A stretch of 64,000 bases of DNA from Myxococcota bacterium (GTDB lineage: Bacteria; Myxococcota_A; UBA796; CAJQPC01), in contig DASCPX010000027.1 of the NCBI GenBank assembly GCA_036012755.1, positions 128,001 through 192,000 on the forward strand, given 5' to 3'. The notes beneath the pieces were generated by a model, which was not told the origin of the DNA, did not search any database, and saw only the letters and a program-made list of their open reading frames with translations. This document shows, in pieces, positions 16,786 to 25,765 of the stretch (position 1 is its first letter; each line of letters opens with the position of its first letter). The position numbers were made by a program, and so were the translations under genes.

Positions 16786-18537
16786 TCACTTGAAGCAACA
16801 GTCGTGCCAGCCCCAAGAGGTCGCAAACGCTGCGTTTTTGCGGGGCTCGGCTGTGTCCGGTGGGTCGCAATGCGACCTCGTTGTCGCAGGTTCCGCGACA
16901 TTCCAGAGCTCCACCTGGACCCCAGCGCGGAGCAGGCGGTCGTGCCATACCCGCTGTTCGTCACGCATCGAGTCGGTGGGGCCTTTCACCTCGACCAGCA
17001 TCAGCCCACCGGGAATCGTCGCCGGTATCGCGTCGATCTTGCAGGAGGGACCTGGCAGGACGCAGAGGTCCGGGAGGCCGCGCGCGGAGGCCCAGCCCTC
17101 CTCCAGGAGGCGCTCGCAGATGGTCGCCGCCGCGGGCCCGATGCCCTCGACGACGGCCTCGAGGTCCAGCTGCGACCACGCCTTCCAGGCGAGCCCGGTC
17201 ACGCTCTGCCCCGAGCGAGCCTCCCAGTTGCGGGCGAGCACCTCCCTGGCACGGCCTGCACGGATCGACTCCAGCCGGCCTTCGATCTCGGGACGGCGCC
17301 CTCGGAACTCGGAGGTGCCCAGATCCAGCGGGCCGCAGAGGAAGGGAGCCGGCAGCATGCCCTCCACCGGCAGGAAGTAGAGGTCGACGAACAGCAAGCC
17401 GAAGATCGTCGTCCAGAGCAGGTTCTCGGCGGGAAGCGCCCGCCGGGGGGCGAGGGCATCGACGCAGGCCTGCTCGACGGTGACGCCGCGACCCCACCCG
17501 GGGCGGTTTCCCAGGGTCCCGGCGCGCTCGAGCCGGACTCGACGCTTCGGAGCGCGCTTCTGCGGTCTGGCAGGTACCCACGTGACCCGTGCCTTGCGAG
17601 CCAGCCGGCGGCCGGTGCGCTCGAGTCGGAGCGCTTCAGGAGGAGGAGCCCGCTGCCGCCAGTGCGCGCAGAGCTCAGCGCCCTGTCGTTGTCGCCCACT
17701 CCGCCCGAGGATCTGTGCCAGGCGCCAGGCTGCGAACTCCGGCTGCGCGGGGAGCGCGAGCGCGCGCCGGTACAGCTCCTCCGCTCGGTGATCCTCCCCT
17801 GCCCGCTCGAGCTCGCGGGCCCTCTCCAGCGCCCGAGCCGCGAGGACCCGTCGGGTGTCGAGGCGCCTCAGATGAGCGGGCCTCGGGGCCCAGGACGCGG
17901 CGCGCTGAAGGCCCTCCTCGGGCTCCAGCACCGCTCGATGGGCCTCCTCGAAGGCCAGCAACTCGGCGCGGGTGGCGAAGGCTCGACCGCCCGTCCCCGC
18001 TTCGTACTTCGCCGGGCTGAAGTGCCCGAGGCGCTCGAGGATCAGCAGGCTTCGGTCTCGCCTCGGGCTCCGGAACCAGAGCAGCTCCAGGCGACGGATC
18101 AGCGGCTTGTTCGCCACGCGGATCACGCGAGCTGGATGCCCTACGACCTCGCCGCAAAGGCGCCGCTCCAGGTCCTGACGCCTGCCTCCGACAGCCAGTC
18201 CCCGGGCGCGGCAGAGCTCCTGGAGCTCCGTCACCGTGAAGCAGCAGATGCGCTGTGACCAGGGCAGGCCAGCGTGGACGAGGCCTTCCCGCTCGAGCAT
18301 CTCGACGCCGGCCCCGGCGTCCTCGTAGCGGAGCGCATCGACCCGGAAGAGCTCGCCGCTGCGGCTGGCCAGGCGAGCGTAGACACGCCCGGCGGCGCCG
18401 TCGAGCGCAAGGAGCAGGGAGCAGACCGTCCGCTCGCCGGCGGTCAGGAGCGCGCCGTTGGTGGCGATGGCGCCCTCGACGACACGCTTCAGGTCCGCGA
18501 GCGCGTACTCGCCACCGCGCCGATCGGGAGTCGTCAT
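16786..18537 (-). CDS. FAN1-like VRR-NUC nuclease (SAP + TPR + VRR-NUC)
   Basis: SAP-like TVTELQELCRARGLAVGGRRQDL; GLPDL...LVEVKGPTDSMRDEQRVW PD-(D/E)xK motif. Confidence 0.88.
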   Translation of the reverse strand: MTTPDRRGGEYALADLKRVVEGAIATNGALLTAGERTVCSLLLALDGAAGRVYARLASRSGELFRVDALRYEDAGAGVEMLEREGLVHAGLPWSQRICCFTVTELQELCRARGLAVGGRRQDLERRLCGEVVGHPARVIRVANKPLIRRLELLWFRSPRRDRSLLILERLGHFSPAKYEAGTGGRAFATRAELLAFEEAHRAVLEPEEGLQRAASWAPRPAHLRRLDTRRVLAARALERARELERAGEDHRAEELYRRALALPAQPEFAAWRLAQILGRSGRQRQGAELCAHWRQRAPPPEALRLERTGRRLARKARVTWVPARPQKRAPKRRVRLERAGTLGNRPGWGRGVTVEQACVDALAPRRALPAENLLWTTIFGLLFVDLYFLPVEGMLPAPFLCGPLDLGTSEFRGRRPEIEGRLESIRAGRAREVLARNWEARSGQSVTGLAWKAWSQLDLEAVVEGIGPAAATICERLLEEGWASARGLPDLCVLPGPSCKIDAIPATIPGGLMLVEVKGPTDSMRDEQRVWHDRLLRAGVQVELWNVAEPATTRSHCDPPDTAEPRKNAAFATSWGWHDCCFK

Positions 18538-18591
18538 GCGTGAACAGTTAGCCCTCCATGGGACCAGTTTCTGTCCGGTCCCGGGAGCGTC

Positions 18592-20016
18592 ATGTCACCT
18601 CGCAAGACGAAGATCGTCGCCACACTGGGCCCGGCATCGCGTCCTGCGGAGATCCTCGAGGAGCTCGTCCAGTACGTGGACGTCTTCCGGATCAACTGCT
18701 CCCACGGCAGCTCGGAGTCGATCCGCCGCGACATCGCCCACGTGCGGCGCGCCTGCATGAACAGTCGCCGCTACGCCGGCATCCTGCTCGATCTGCAGGG
18801 TCCGAAGATCCGCACCGGCGCGATGAAGGAACCGTTGAAGCTCGCGGCCGGGGACGTCCTCGAGGTGGTCATGGACGAGGATCTGTTGGGCGAGGGCCGG
18901 CGCTGTGGCACCACCTACTCCGCGATGGCAGACGACGTGGTCATCGACGATGTCGTGATGTTCGCCGACGGCGCGCTCTCCGGTCGGGTCGAGGCGGTGG
19001 TCCGCGAAGGAGGCCTCGCAGAGGTCCACATCCGCATGGCCGAGGGCGGCGAGCTCGGCTCGCACAAGGGCATCAACCTGCCCGGGGTGGAGATCTCCGC
19101 GCCGTCGCTGACGGACAAGGACATCGCGGACCTGGCGGTCGGGGTGAAGGCCGGCGTCGACTACGTGGCCCTGTCCTTCGTGCGCCAGGCGGAGGACGTG
19201 CGACGCCTCAGGGCCGAGATGGAGCGCTTCGGTCAGGCCAGCGTGCCGATCATCGCGAAGATCGAGAAGCCAGAGGCGCTCGACAACATCCAGGCGATCC
19301 TCGCGGTCGTCGACGGCATCATGGTCGCGCGAGGAGACCTCGGCGTGGAGGTCCCGCTCGAGACGGTCCCGATCCACCAGAAACGTCTCATCCTCGCGGC
19401 CAATCGAGCGGGGGCGCTGGTCATCACCGCGACACAGATGCTCGACTCGATGGAGCGAAACCCACGGCCGACGCGGGCCGAGGCCGCCGATGTCGCCAAC
19501 GCGATCCTCGACGGCACCGACGCGATCATGCTGAGCGGGGAGACCGCCGCGGGGCGCTACCCGGTGCGGTCGGTGAAGGTCATGGACAGCCTCGCGCGGG
19601 AGGTGGAGCGCTCGCCCTTCCTCCCCGAGCCGCGGGCTGATCTCGGCCTCGCCGCCGGTCCCGCCACCCTCGTCGCCCGCGCCGCCTGCATGGCCGCGAG
19701 CGAGGCCGGCCGCCCCCTCATCGTCTTCACGTGGTCCGGAGCCAGCGCGATCACGGCCTCGAAGTTCCGTCCCCGCGGTCCCATCTTCGCCCTCACGCCT
19801 GCCCACGCCGTGTGCGACCGCCTCGCCTTGGCCTGGGGCGTGACGCCGCTGCGCGTCCCAGTGGTCCAGAGCACCGACGAGCTCATCCAGATCGGCGAGC
19901 GGGTGCTCCTCGATGCAGGCCTCATCGAGCCGGGACAGGAGATCGTCGTGCTCGCCGGGACCTCGCCCATGAAGGGCACTACGAACACGATGCGGATCAC
20001 GGTGGCCGGCACATAG
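18592..20016 (+). CDS. pyk: pyruvate kinase
   Basis: KTKIVATLGPAS, DLQGPKIR, AKIEK, MVARGDLGVE, ATQMLDSM, DAIMLSGETA. Confidence 0.98.
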   Translation: MSPRKTKIVATLGPASRPAEILEELVQYVDVFRINCSHGSSESIRRDIAHVRRACMNSRRYAGILLDLQGPKIRTGAMKEPLKLAAGDVLEVVMDEDLLGEGRRCGTTYSAMADDVVIDDVVMFADGALSGRVEAVVREGGLAEVHIRMAEGGELGSHKGINLPGVEISAPSLTDKDIADLAVGVKAGVDYVALSFVRQAEDVRRLRAEMERFGQASVPIIAKIEKPEALDNIQAILAVVDGIMVARGDLGVEVPLETVPIHQKRLILAANRAGALVITATQMLDSMERNPRPTRAEAADVANAILDGTDAIMLSGETAAGRYPVRSVKVMDSLAREVERSPFLPEPRADLGLAAGPATLVARAACMAASEAGRPLIVFTWSGASAITASKFRPRGPIFALTPAHAVCDRLALAWGVTPLRVPVVQSTDELIQIGERVLLDAGLIEPGQEIVVLAGTSPMKGTTNTMRITVAGT

Positions 20017-20019
20017 GAT

Positions 20020-21417
20020 TCAGAGGCTGTAGAGGACCCACTCCTCGCCGACGGCGACGGGGGCGCCGACCGTCGCAGCGAGCCAGCCCTCGATGGCTGC
20101 CGCGTTGCGTAGTTCTGGCCGGTGGAGGAGGAGCCACGAGGTCCCCTGGTCCTCGAGGCGCTCGTCTCGGGCGAGCCAGAGGGTCTCGGCGGCCCGGGTG
20201 TCGACGGTCTGGCCGTCCATCGCCGAGAGGTAGCGGATCCACGCCGGGTTCGGGCTGTGTTGGCCGACGATGAAGTCGATCTCCGCCGGCGCGGTGGAGC
20301 CCTGGAACCACGGGGCGCCGGGGGTGGGCCACACGAGGACCTCGCCAACGGACTCGGGCAGCGCCGCGATGGCCGGATCGGGCGGCAGGACTGTGATGGG
20401 AGCCCGGAGCGACCCTCCGAGGAGGGCCTCCGCGAGCACCGCCAGCCCAGCCGCGGCGAGGAGTACCCGGTGCTTCGCCGCGACCGCGAGCACGCCGAGG
20501 AGCCCCGCGAGGCAGATCGCCGCGGCCCACCCGCTCCCACCCCGACCGAAGCCAGGCGGGGCCAGCGCGAACCACCAGTCGGCAGGTCTGGGCGGTGGTA
20601 GCCCCGACGCTGGGAGCCAGCCCGTGCCGAGCACCACGACGACGGCCAGGATCAGGCCGACGACTCCCGCGGCGCGAGGTCCGAGGGTGACGCAGGCCAG
20701 CAGACCGACGAGGGCGAGCCAGCCCCCGTGGGGTCGCGGCGTCGGGTCCGTCGGAGGTGCCAGCATCGCTGGCATCGGAATCACCGAGCCCTCGGGCGTG
20801 ACGTAGGCCGGCACGGTGCGCCGCTCCGGCTCGGCCTGTCGGAGGGTGTGGGCATCCGGCGACGAGCCCACCGCCAGCTGGGCGAACAAGACGGGCACGA
20901 CCGCCAGCCAGGTCCAGCGGCACCGCCAGCGCCCCGCCAGGACCACCAGCCCGAGCGGCCAGCAGAAGGCCGCGGCGAGCCCGGCGAACAGGGGTGCCGC
21001 GACGACGCCGGCAAGCGCCAACGCCGCAGGCCCCAGGCCCCAGGTTGCGACCTCGCCCGCCCACTGAGCGCGGAGCAGGGCGGGACACAGCTGGAGGCCG
21101 AGCATCCCGAGCGCGCCGATGGCGACACCGTGCTTTCGGCCCAAGAGGTAGCCCCCGAATCCCGCGCACCACACGCCGATGAGCGCCAACGACCCCATCG
21201 CCGTCAGGTCGTCGACCACCAGCCCGAGGAGCCACTGGAGGCCAGCGGCTGCGGGACTGACCGCGTCGAGCGGGTCTCGCGGCCCCAACAGGGAAGCGAA
21301 GAGGATCTCCCCCCGCAGTCCGGGCACCTTGAAGCCCCCGAGGGCGGGCCCGAGGGAGACAGCAGGCAGCACCGCGGCAGCCAGCGCGGCGAGTGCGGTC
21401 TTGGCGCGTTCGTTCAC
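20020..21417 (-). CDS. polytopic membrane protein (possibly YfhO/GT-C-like)
   Basis: Many hydrophobic segments plus a C-terminal soluble domain; GTGA overlap with the upstream gene. Confidence 0.6.
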   Translation of the reverse strand: MNERAKTALAALAAAVLPAVSLGPALGGFKVPGLRGEILFASLLGPRDPLDAVSPAAAGLQWLLGLVVDDLTAMGSLALIGVWCAGFGGYLLGRKHGVAIGALGMLGLQLCPALLRAQWAGEVATWGLGPAALALAGVVAAPLFAGLAAAFCWPLGLVVLAGRWRCRWTWLAVVPVLFAQLAVGSSPDAHTLRQAEPERRTVPAYVTPEGSVIPMPAMLAPPTDPTPRPHGGWLALVGLLACVTLGPRAAGVVGLILAVVVVLGTGWLPASGLPPPRPADWWFALAPPGFGRGGSGWAAAICLAGLLGVLAVAAKHRVLLAAAGLAVLAEALLGGSLRAPITVLPPDPAIAALPESVGEVLVWPTPGAPWFQGSTAPAEIDFIVGQHSPNPAWIRYLSAMDGQTVDTRAAETLWLARDERLEDQGTSWLLLHRPELRNAAAIEGWLAATVGAPVAVGEEWVLYSL

Positions 21418-23186
21418 TCCACCGGATTATCGGCCGCGCAGACCTCCGAGCCGCAGAAGTGCTCGACGACGCCCGGGTCCTCTGGGTCGAGGAAGCGCAG
21501 CATCTGCAGCTTCGCCGACTCCCACTTCCGGACCTCGCGGTGGGCGCCGGTGCGGTCGCTGGGCTGGTTGCCGTTGGTGGGATCAGCCAGCTGAGGATCG
21601 AACTGCACGAGCACCGGCCCGGCTTGCGGCTCCGCGCCCTCGAGCCCCTCTGGCAGGAGCGCATAGGGCTCGAGCAGGGGCCACCCGGCGGAGCGCGCCA
21701 GCATCTCGGTGCCGAGATTGCTGACCTCGTCGTCGCCTACTGCCTCCTGCAACAGGAGCGATCGTCCGGAGAGCTCCTCGCTCCAGCTGAGCGGATCGAC
21801 CGGGTCCCAGTACATCTGGGTCATCGCGTAGCTCAGCTGCCGGTCGGTGCTGTCCTCGACGCCGATGGAGACGAGATCCTCGAAGTCCGACCAGTTCGTG
21901 GAGCGCGGGAAGGTCATCGACCAGTTCGCGCCGCCGACGTGCAGCAGCCCGTGTTCCAGCTCCGGGATCGTAGCGAGGGCGACGCCCCCCATGATCGCCC
22001 CGGCGGAGACCCCCAGGTAGTAGAGCTCTGTTGGGTCCGCGAGCCCGAGGAGCTCCGGGTCGTCCATCAGACCCCCGTTCTGGACGAGATCGACCAGGGC
22101 CTTGTGGTTGACGACGCCCTGGTGGAGACGCTCGCTGATCTCGGGGAAGGTGCCGAGATCGTTCGCCGCGCCGACGACGTCGGGGAGATCGCTGCGGGTC
22201 AGCCCACGCCACGTCGTCGCGACCACGATCATCTCGAGGCGGTCCGACCACTCGAGGAAGTGGTCCGGGTCGTCCGGGTCCGCGAAGATGTTCTTGCAGT
22301 TGTTGAAGAGCCCGTGGCCCCAGATCACGACCGGCACGCTGCCCGGCTCTGCCTCGCTGACAGAGTCGGGGATGTGGATGTACAGGTCGGCCTCGGTGGT
22401 CCCGGTCCTCTGGGGGATTCCGTCCGCGTCGAGATCCAGGAGCGAGTCGTCGACGAGGAAGTCGTCAACCGTGAAGGTCCCCTGCAGGCGCTTGTAGAGG
22501 GGGTCCGCGAGCTCCTCGTCGTCCTGGATCTTGAGCCAGGTCCACTCGGTCGTCGTTCCGAGCTGCTCGAGCATCGCCGTCAGCGGCTCCTTGGCGTGGT
22601 CGACCGGGAAGTCCCAGGCCACCGCGACATCGGACCGCGGGACGCCGAGGGCGTCGAGCTCGTCCATCAAATCTCTCGTGCGCGGGCCGATCTCCGGGCA
22701 GCCGATGGGGTCGGCGCCATCCAGCACGGCCTGGAAGACCTCTGGCCGCGGCGCCACTTCGGTCGTCACCACGACGGCGATCCGGTGGCCGTCCTCCATC
22801 AGCTCCAGCGGACGCACCATGAGCAGGCGCCCGTCGCTGCCGCCACCGTCGTCGACCTCTGCAAAGCTGAGGACGCGTCGGCCGGTCTCGAGGTCGATCA
22901 TCTGGACGTTGCCGCTGCGCTGAGGGGCAGAGGGCGTAGGCAGCGCGGACTCGTCGATCCGATCGAGCCGGACCAGCGCGGTCTGGAGGGGAGAGAAACC
23001 CGTTCGGTGGTCGAGGCGCTCGACGGGCGTCGGCGTCGTGACCATCGGAAGGAGGCCCTCTGGGATGCGGACCCTCCCCTCCTCCATCACCTGCGCCGAC
23101 GGATAGGGCCAGAGCGCGCCGTGGCCCAACAGTCCGCCGTCTCCGGTAGGGAGCGGGTCCGTGCAGGCCAGCGCTAGAAGCCACAT
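21414..23186 (-). CDS. secreted alpha/beta-hydrolase (lipase-like) lipoprotein
   Basis: GGAG RBS; MWLLALAC; TGFSP, VVIWGHGL, YLGVSAGA (GxSxG), GDDEVSN. Confidence 0.75.
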   Translation of the reverse strand: MWLLALACTDPLPTGDGGLLGHGALWPYPSAQVMEEGRVRIPEGLLPMVTTPTPVERLDHRTGFSPLQTALVRLDRIDESALPTPSAPQRSGNVQMIDLETGRRVLSFAEVDDGGGSDGRLLMVRPLELMEDGHRIAVVVTTEVAPRPEVFQAVLDGADPIGCPEIGPRTRDLMDELDALGVPRSDVAVAWDFPVDHAKEPLTAMLEQLGTTTEWTWLKIQDDEELADPLYKRLQGTFTVDDFLVDDSLLDLDADGIPQRTGTTEADLYIHIPDSVSEAEPGSVPVVIWGHGLFNNCKNIFADPDDPDHFLEWSDRLEMIVVATTWRGLTRSDLPDVVGAANDLGTFPEISERLHQGVVNHKALVDLVQNGGLMDDPELLGLADPTELYYLGVSAGAIMGGVALATIPELEHGLLHVGGANWSMTFPRSTNWSDFEDLVSIGVEDSTDRQLSYAMTQMYWDPVDPLSWSEELSGRSLLLQEAVGDDEVSNLGTEMLARSAGWPLLEPYALLPEGLEGAEPQAGPVLVQFDPQLADPTNGNQPSDRTGAHREVRKWESAKLQMLRFLDPEDPGVVEHFCGSEVCAADNPVE

Positions 23187-23190
23187 CCGC

Positions 23191-23742
23191 TCACTCCGTG
23201 GCGGCCATGCGCCTCTCGAACTCGGCAACAAGGATAGCCCCGCCTCCCCAGCGCTGCAGCCCGCTGGCAACCCCGCCGACGAAGCCGCCCCCGAAGTCAT
23301 CACCCGGACCCCGCGGCTCTCCCCGGGCGAAGCGTTCGATCGGGGGACTCCTCTTCAGGATCTCGTCCATTGCCGCCCGGACCTCTGCGGACCGGTCGGG
23401 CAGCCAGCCTCGCTCCAGCGCGACGCGGAACATCGTCGCGCGCAGCAGCGCTTCGACCGTCTCGTCCAGGACGTCCTTGACGGTCAGGAAGTAGAAGATC
23501 GTGCGGAAGATCTTCCGGACCACCCAGAAGATCACCCCTCCGGCGACCCGACCGAGGAGCCCACCACGCAGCCGCGTGAGCAGGACGAGCGTGTCGCGGT
23601 CGATCGAGACTCCGGCATCCCTGGCGATCTGCCGGTACATCTGGCGACGCAGGCGTGACCCGATCCAGCGGTCCACGAGCGGAACTGGCACCAGCGGCGT
23701 CAGGCCCGCCAGCAGTCCCCAGTGCACGACAGGGAGTCTCAT
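23191..23742 (-). CDS. hypothetical membrane-associated protein (DUF697/EcsC-like)
   Basis: LAGLTPLVPVPLVD motif; GAGG RBS. Confidence 0.6.
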   Translation of the reverse strand: MRLPVVHWGLLAGLTPLVPVPLVDRWIGSRLRRQMYRQIARDAGVSIDRDTLVLLTRLRGGLLGRVAGGVIFWVVRKIFRTIFYFLTVKDVLDETVEALLRATMFRVALERGWLPDRSAEVRAAMDEILKRSPPIERFARGEPRGPGDDFGGGFVGGVASGLQRWGGGAILVAEFERRMAATE

Positions 23743-23781
23743 CTGGCCTCTGTGGGGTTCGTCGTGTAACTACGGCGAACG

Positions 23782-24519
23782 ATGCTGCCCGCTTTCATCG
23801 CCGAGGCTGCCGAGATCATCGAGGGGCCCGCGCCTCTGCTCTTCACGTGCGAGCACGCCAGCCCTCGCGTGCCCTCTCCGCTGGAGCCCTCTGCTGACGA
23901 CAGTGCAATCCTCGAGACCCACTGGGGCTGGGACATCGGCGCCAGCGCGCTGACCCGCGCCCTGGTCGGGCGGCTCGGTGCCAGCGCGGTGCTCTCTCGC
24001 TTCTCGCGGCTGGTCTGCGACGCCAACCGAGCCCTCGACGACCCCACCTGGATCATGGGTCAGGTCGAGGGCCACCGGATTGCATTCAACCGGCGGGTGG
24101 ACCCCGCCGAGCGCCTCAGGCGGCTCCAGACCTACCACGCGCCCTACCACTCCGCTGTCGACGCCGCCCTTGGTGTCATGGGGCCTCAGACCGTCCTGAT
24201 CGCCATCCACAGCTTCACTCCGGTCTACATCCAGGAGGTGCGGGAGATGAAGGTCGGCGTGCTCTACGACGACTGCGAGGACGCGGCGTTCGCAGTCCGA
24301 GACGCCATCGCATCAGAGATCCCGGAGACCACGCTCAACGCGCCCTACTCAGGGCTCGACGGTGCGATGTACAGCGCCACGCGTCACGGCCGGGGTCACG
24401 ACCTGACCTACCTCGAGCTGGAGCTCCGGCAGGACCTGCTCGCGACGCCGGATGGAATCCAGCTCACTGCGGATCGGCTGGCCTCGGCTCTTCGTCAGGC
24501 GGGGTTGGCGCGCCCGTGA
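23782..24519 (+). CDS. N-formylglutamate amidohydrolase
   Basis: TCEHAS, HWGWDIGA, SRLVCDANR, YHAPYH, IHSFTP, NAPYS, LELRQDL. Confidence 0.92.
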   Translation: MLPAFIAEAAEIIEGPAPLLFTCEHASPRVPSPLEPSADDSAILETHWGWDIGASALTRALVGRLGASAVLSRFSRLVCDANRALDDPTWIMGQVEGHRIAFNRRVDPAERLRRLQTYHAPYHSAVDAALGVMGPQTVLIAIHSFTPVYIQEVREMKVGVLYDDCEDAAFAVRDAIASEIPETTLNAPYSGLDGAMYSATRHGRGHDLTYLELELRQDLLATPDGIQLTADRLASALRQAGLARP

Positions 24520-24889
24520 AGGGCCACACTGGGACCTCTGTACCGTCCGGGTGCAGGGACCACTGACAGACGCCGTCGACACATCCGCAGCTCTTCAGCG
24601 CGTGGAAGCAGAGGCGGATCTCGCAGGTGGTCATCACCTCTGCGATCGTCGCGGCCGGTGCGCAGACCTCTCGGCTGCAGCCGCCGCGGAGGCAGTCACT
24701 GTCGACGGCGCACTCGCCGGCAGTCTCCATCCACTCCACGCGCTCGCGGCAGTCCTGGTAGAGCTCGTAGCCGTCTTCGATGATCAGCTCGGTCATCGGC
24801 TGGAGGCCCTCCTCGCCGAAGGGGGAGGCTTTCTCCAGGGGGACGACAGGAGGCTCGGGGGCCTCGCACCAGCAGGCGAACAACATCAT
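24464..24889 (-). CDS. eight-cysteine-cluster domain protein, exported
   Basis: CAVDSDCLRGGCSREVC...TTCEIRLC...CGCVDGVCQW. Confidence 0.75.
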   Translation of the reverse strand: MMLFACWCEAPEPPVVPLEKASPFGEEGLQPMTELIIEDGYELYQDCRERVEWMETAGECAVDSDCLRGGCSREVCAPAATIAEVMTTCEIRLCFHALKSCGCVDGVCQWSLHPDGTEVPVWPFTGAPTPPDEEPRPADPQ

Positions 24890-25032
24890 GAACACGCGCT
24901 TGACCTCGGCAAAGACACCCACCAATCGAGGAAACCGGAAAGGCCTCGAAACGACCCATGGACGACCTGATGTCCGCAGGCTATCAGGCCGGCCTCTGAC
25001 GCCCTTTTTGGGCGAGACAGCTGGGAGGAGAG

Positions 25033-25743
25033 ATGTCGCGGACGCGCACTGCCCAGATCCTGGCGTGCTTGCTTGCCGCACTCGGCATGGGGTTCCTCGG
25101 GTGTGAGAACGTCGACGTCGAGTCGGACACCCACGAGTTCCCCAAGGTCCCGCACCCGCTCATGCCAACAGAGTATGGCTGGGGCGAGCAGGCGGACTCC
25201 GATGTCGAGTTGCGGAACTCGGTCGGGCGAACGGCACAGCCCGTCGACGACCAGCCGATCGCTTTCGATCACAGCGTCCATGCCGGCACCGTCGAGGACG
25301 GTGGCATGGGCATGGACTGCCAGTACTGCCACGCCAACGCTCGCAAGAGCAGGCACGCGGGTGTCCCTGGGGTCGAGACCTGCGAAGGCTGCCACCACCG
25401 CGGAAACGTCTCCACCGAGGGACGACCGGAGCTGGAGAAGCTGAAGGCCTACTTCCCCGGAGGCGACAAGGAGGGCCAGCCCATCCCCTGGGTCAAGGTC
25501 CACGACATCCCCGACTTCGTGCACTTCGACCACAGCCGCCACATCCAGGGCGGGCTGGAGTGTTCGGAGTGCCACGCCGACATGTCCAAGGAGACGGTCG
25601 CGGTGCGAGCCCAGTCGATGACCCTGGAGATGGGGTGGTGCCTCGAGTGCCACAACGAGCATCCAGCCGTCGAAGATAACTACGGCACCAAGGCCGAGCT
25701 GCGCCGCGCGGAGCTCAAGGACTGCTACACCTGCCACCAGTAG
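25033..25743 (+). CDS. actA: alternative complex III pentaheme cytochrome c ActA
   Basis: Five CxxCH motifs; QPIAFDHSVH, IPWVKVHDIPDFVHFDHSRH, MGWCLECH. Confidence 0.92.
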   Translation: MSRTRTAQILACLLAALGMGFLGCENVDVESDTHEFPKVPHPLMPTEYGWGEQADSDVELRNSVGRTAQPVDDQPIAFDHSVHAGTVEDGGMGMDCQYCHANARKSRHAGVPGVETCEGCHHRGNVSTEGRPELEKLKAYFPGGDKEGQPIPWVKVHDIPDFVHFDHSRHIQGGLECSECHADMSKETVAVRAQSMTLEMGWCLECHNEHPAVEDNYGTKAELRRAELKDCYTCHQ

Positions 25744-25765
25744 GCGCCACAGAGAGAGACCCCAC

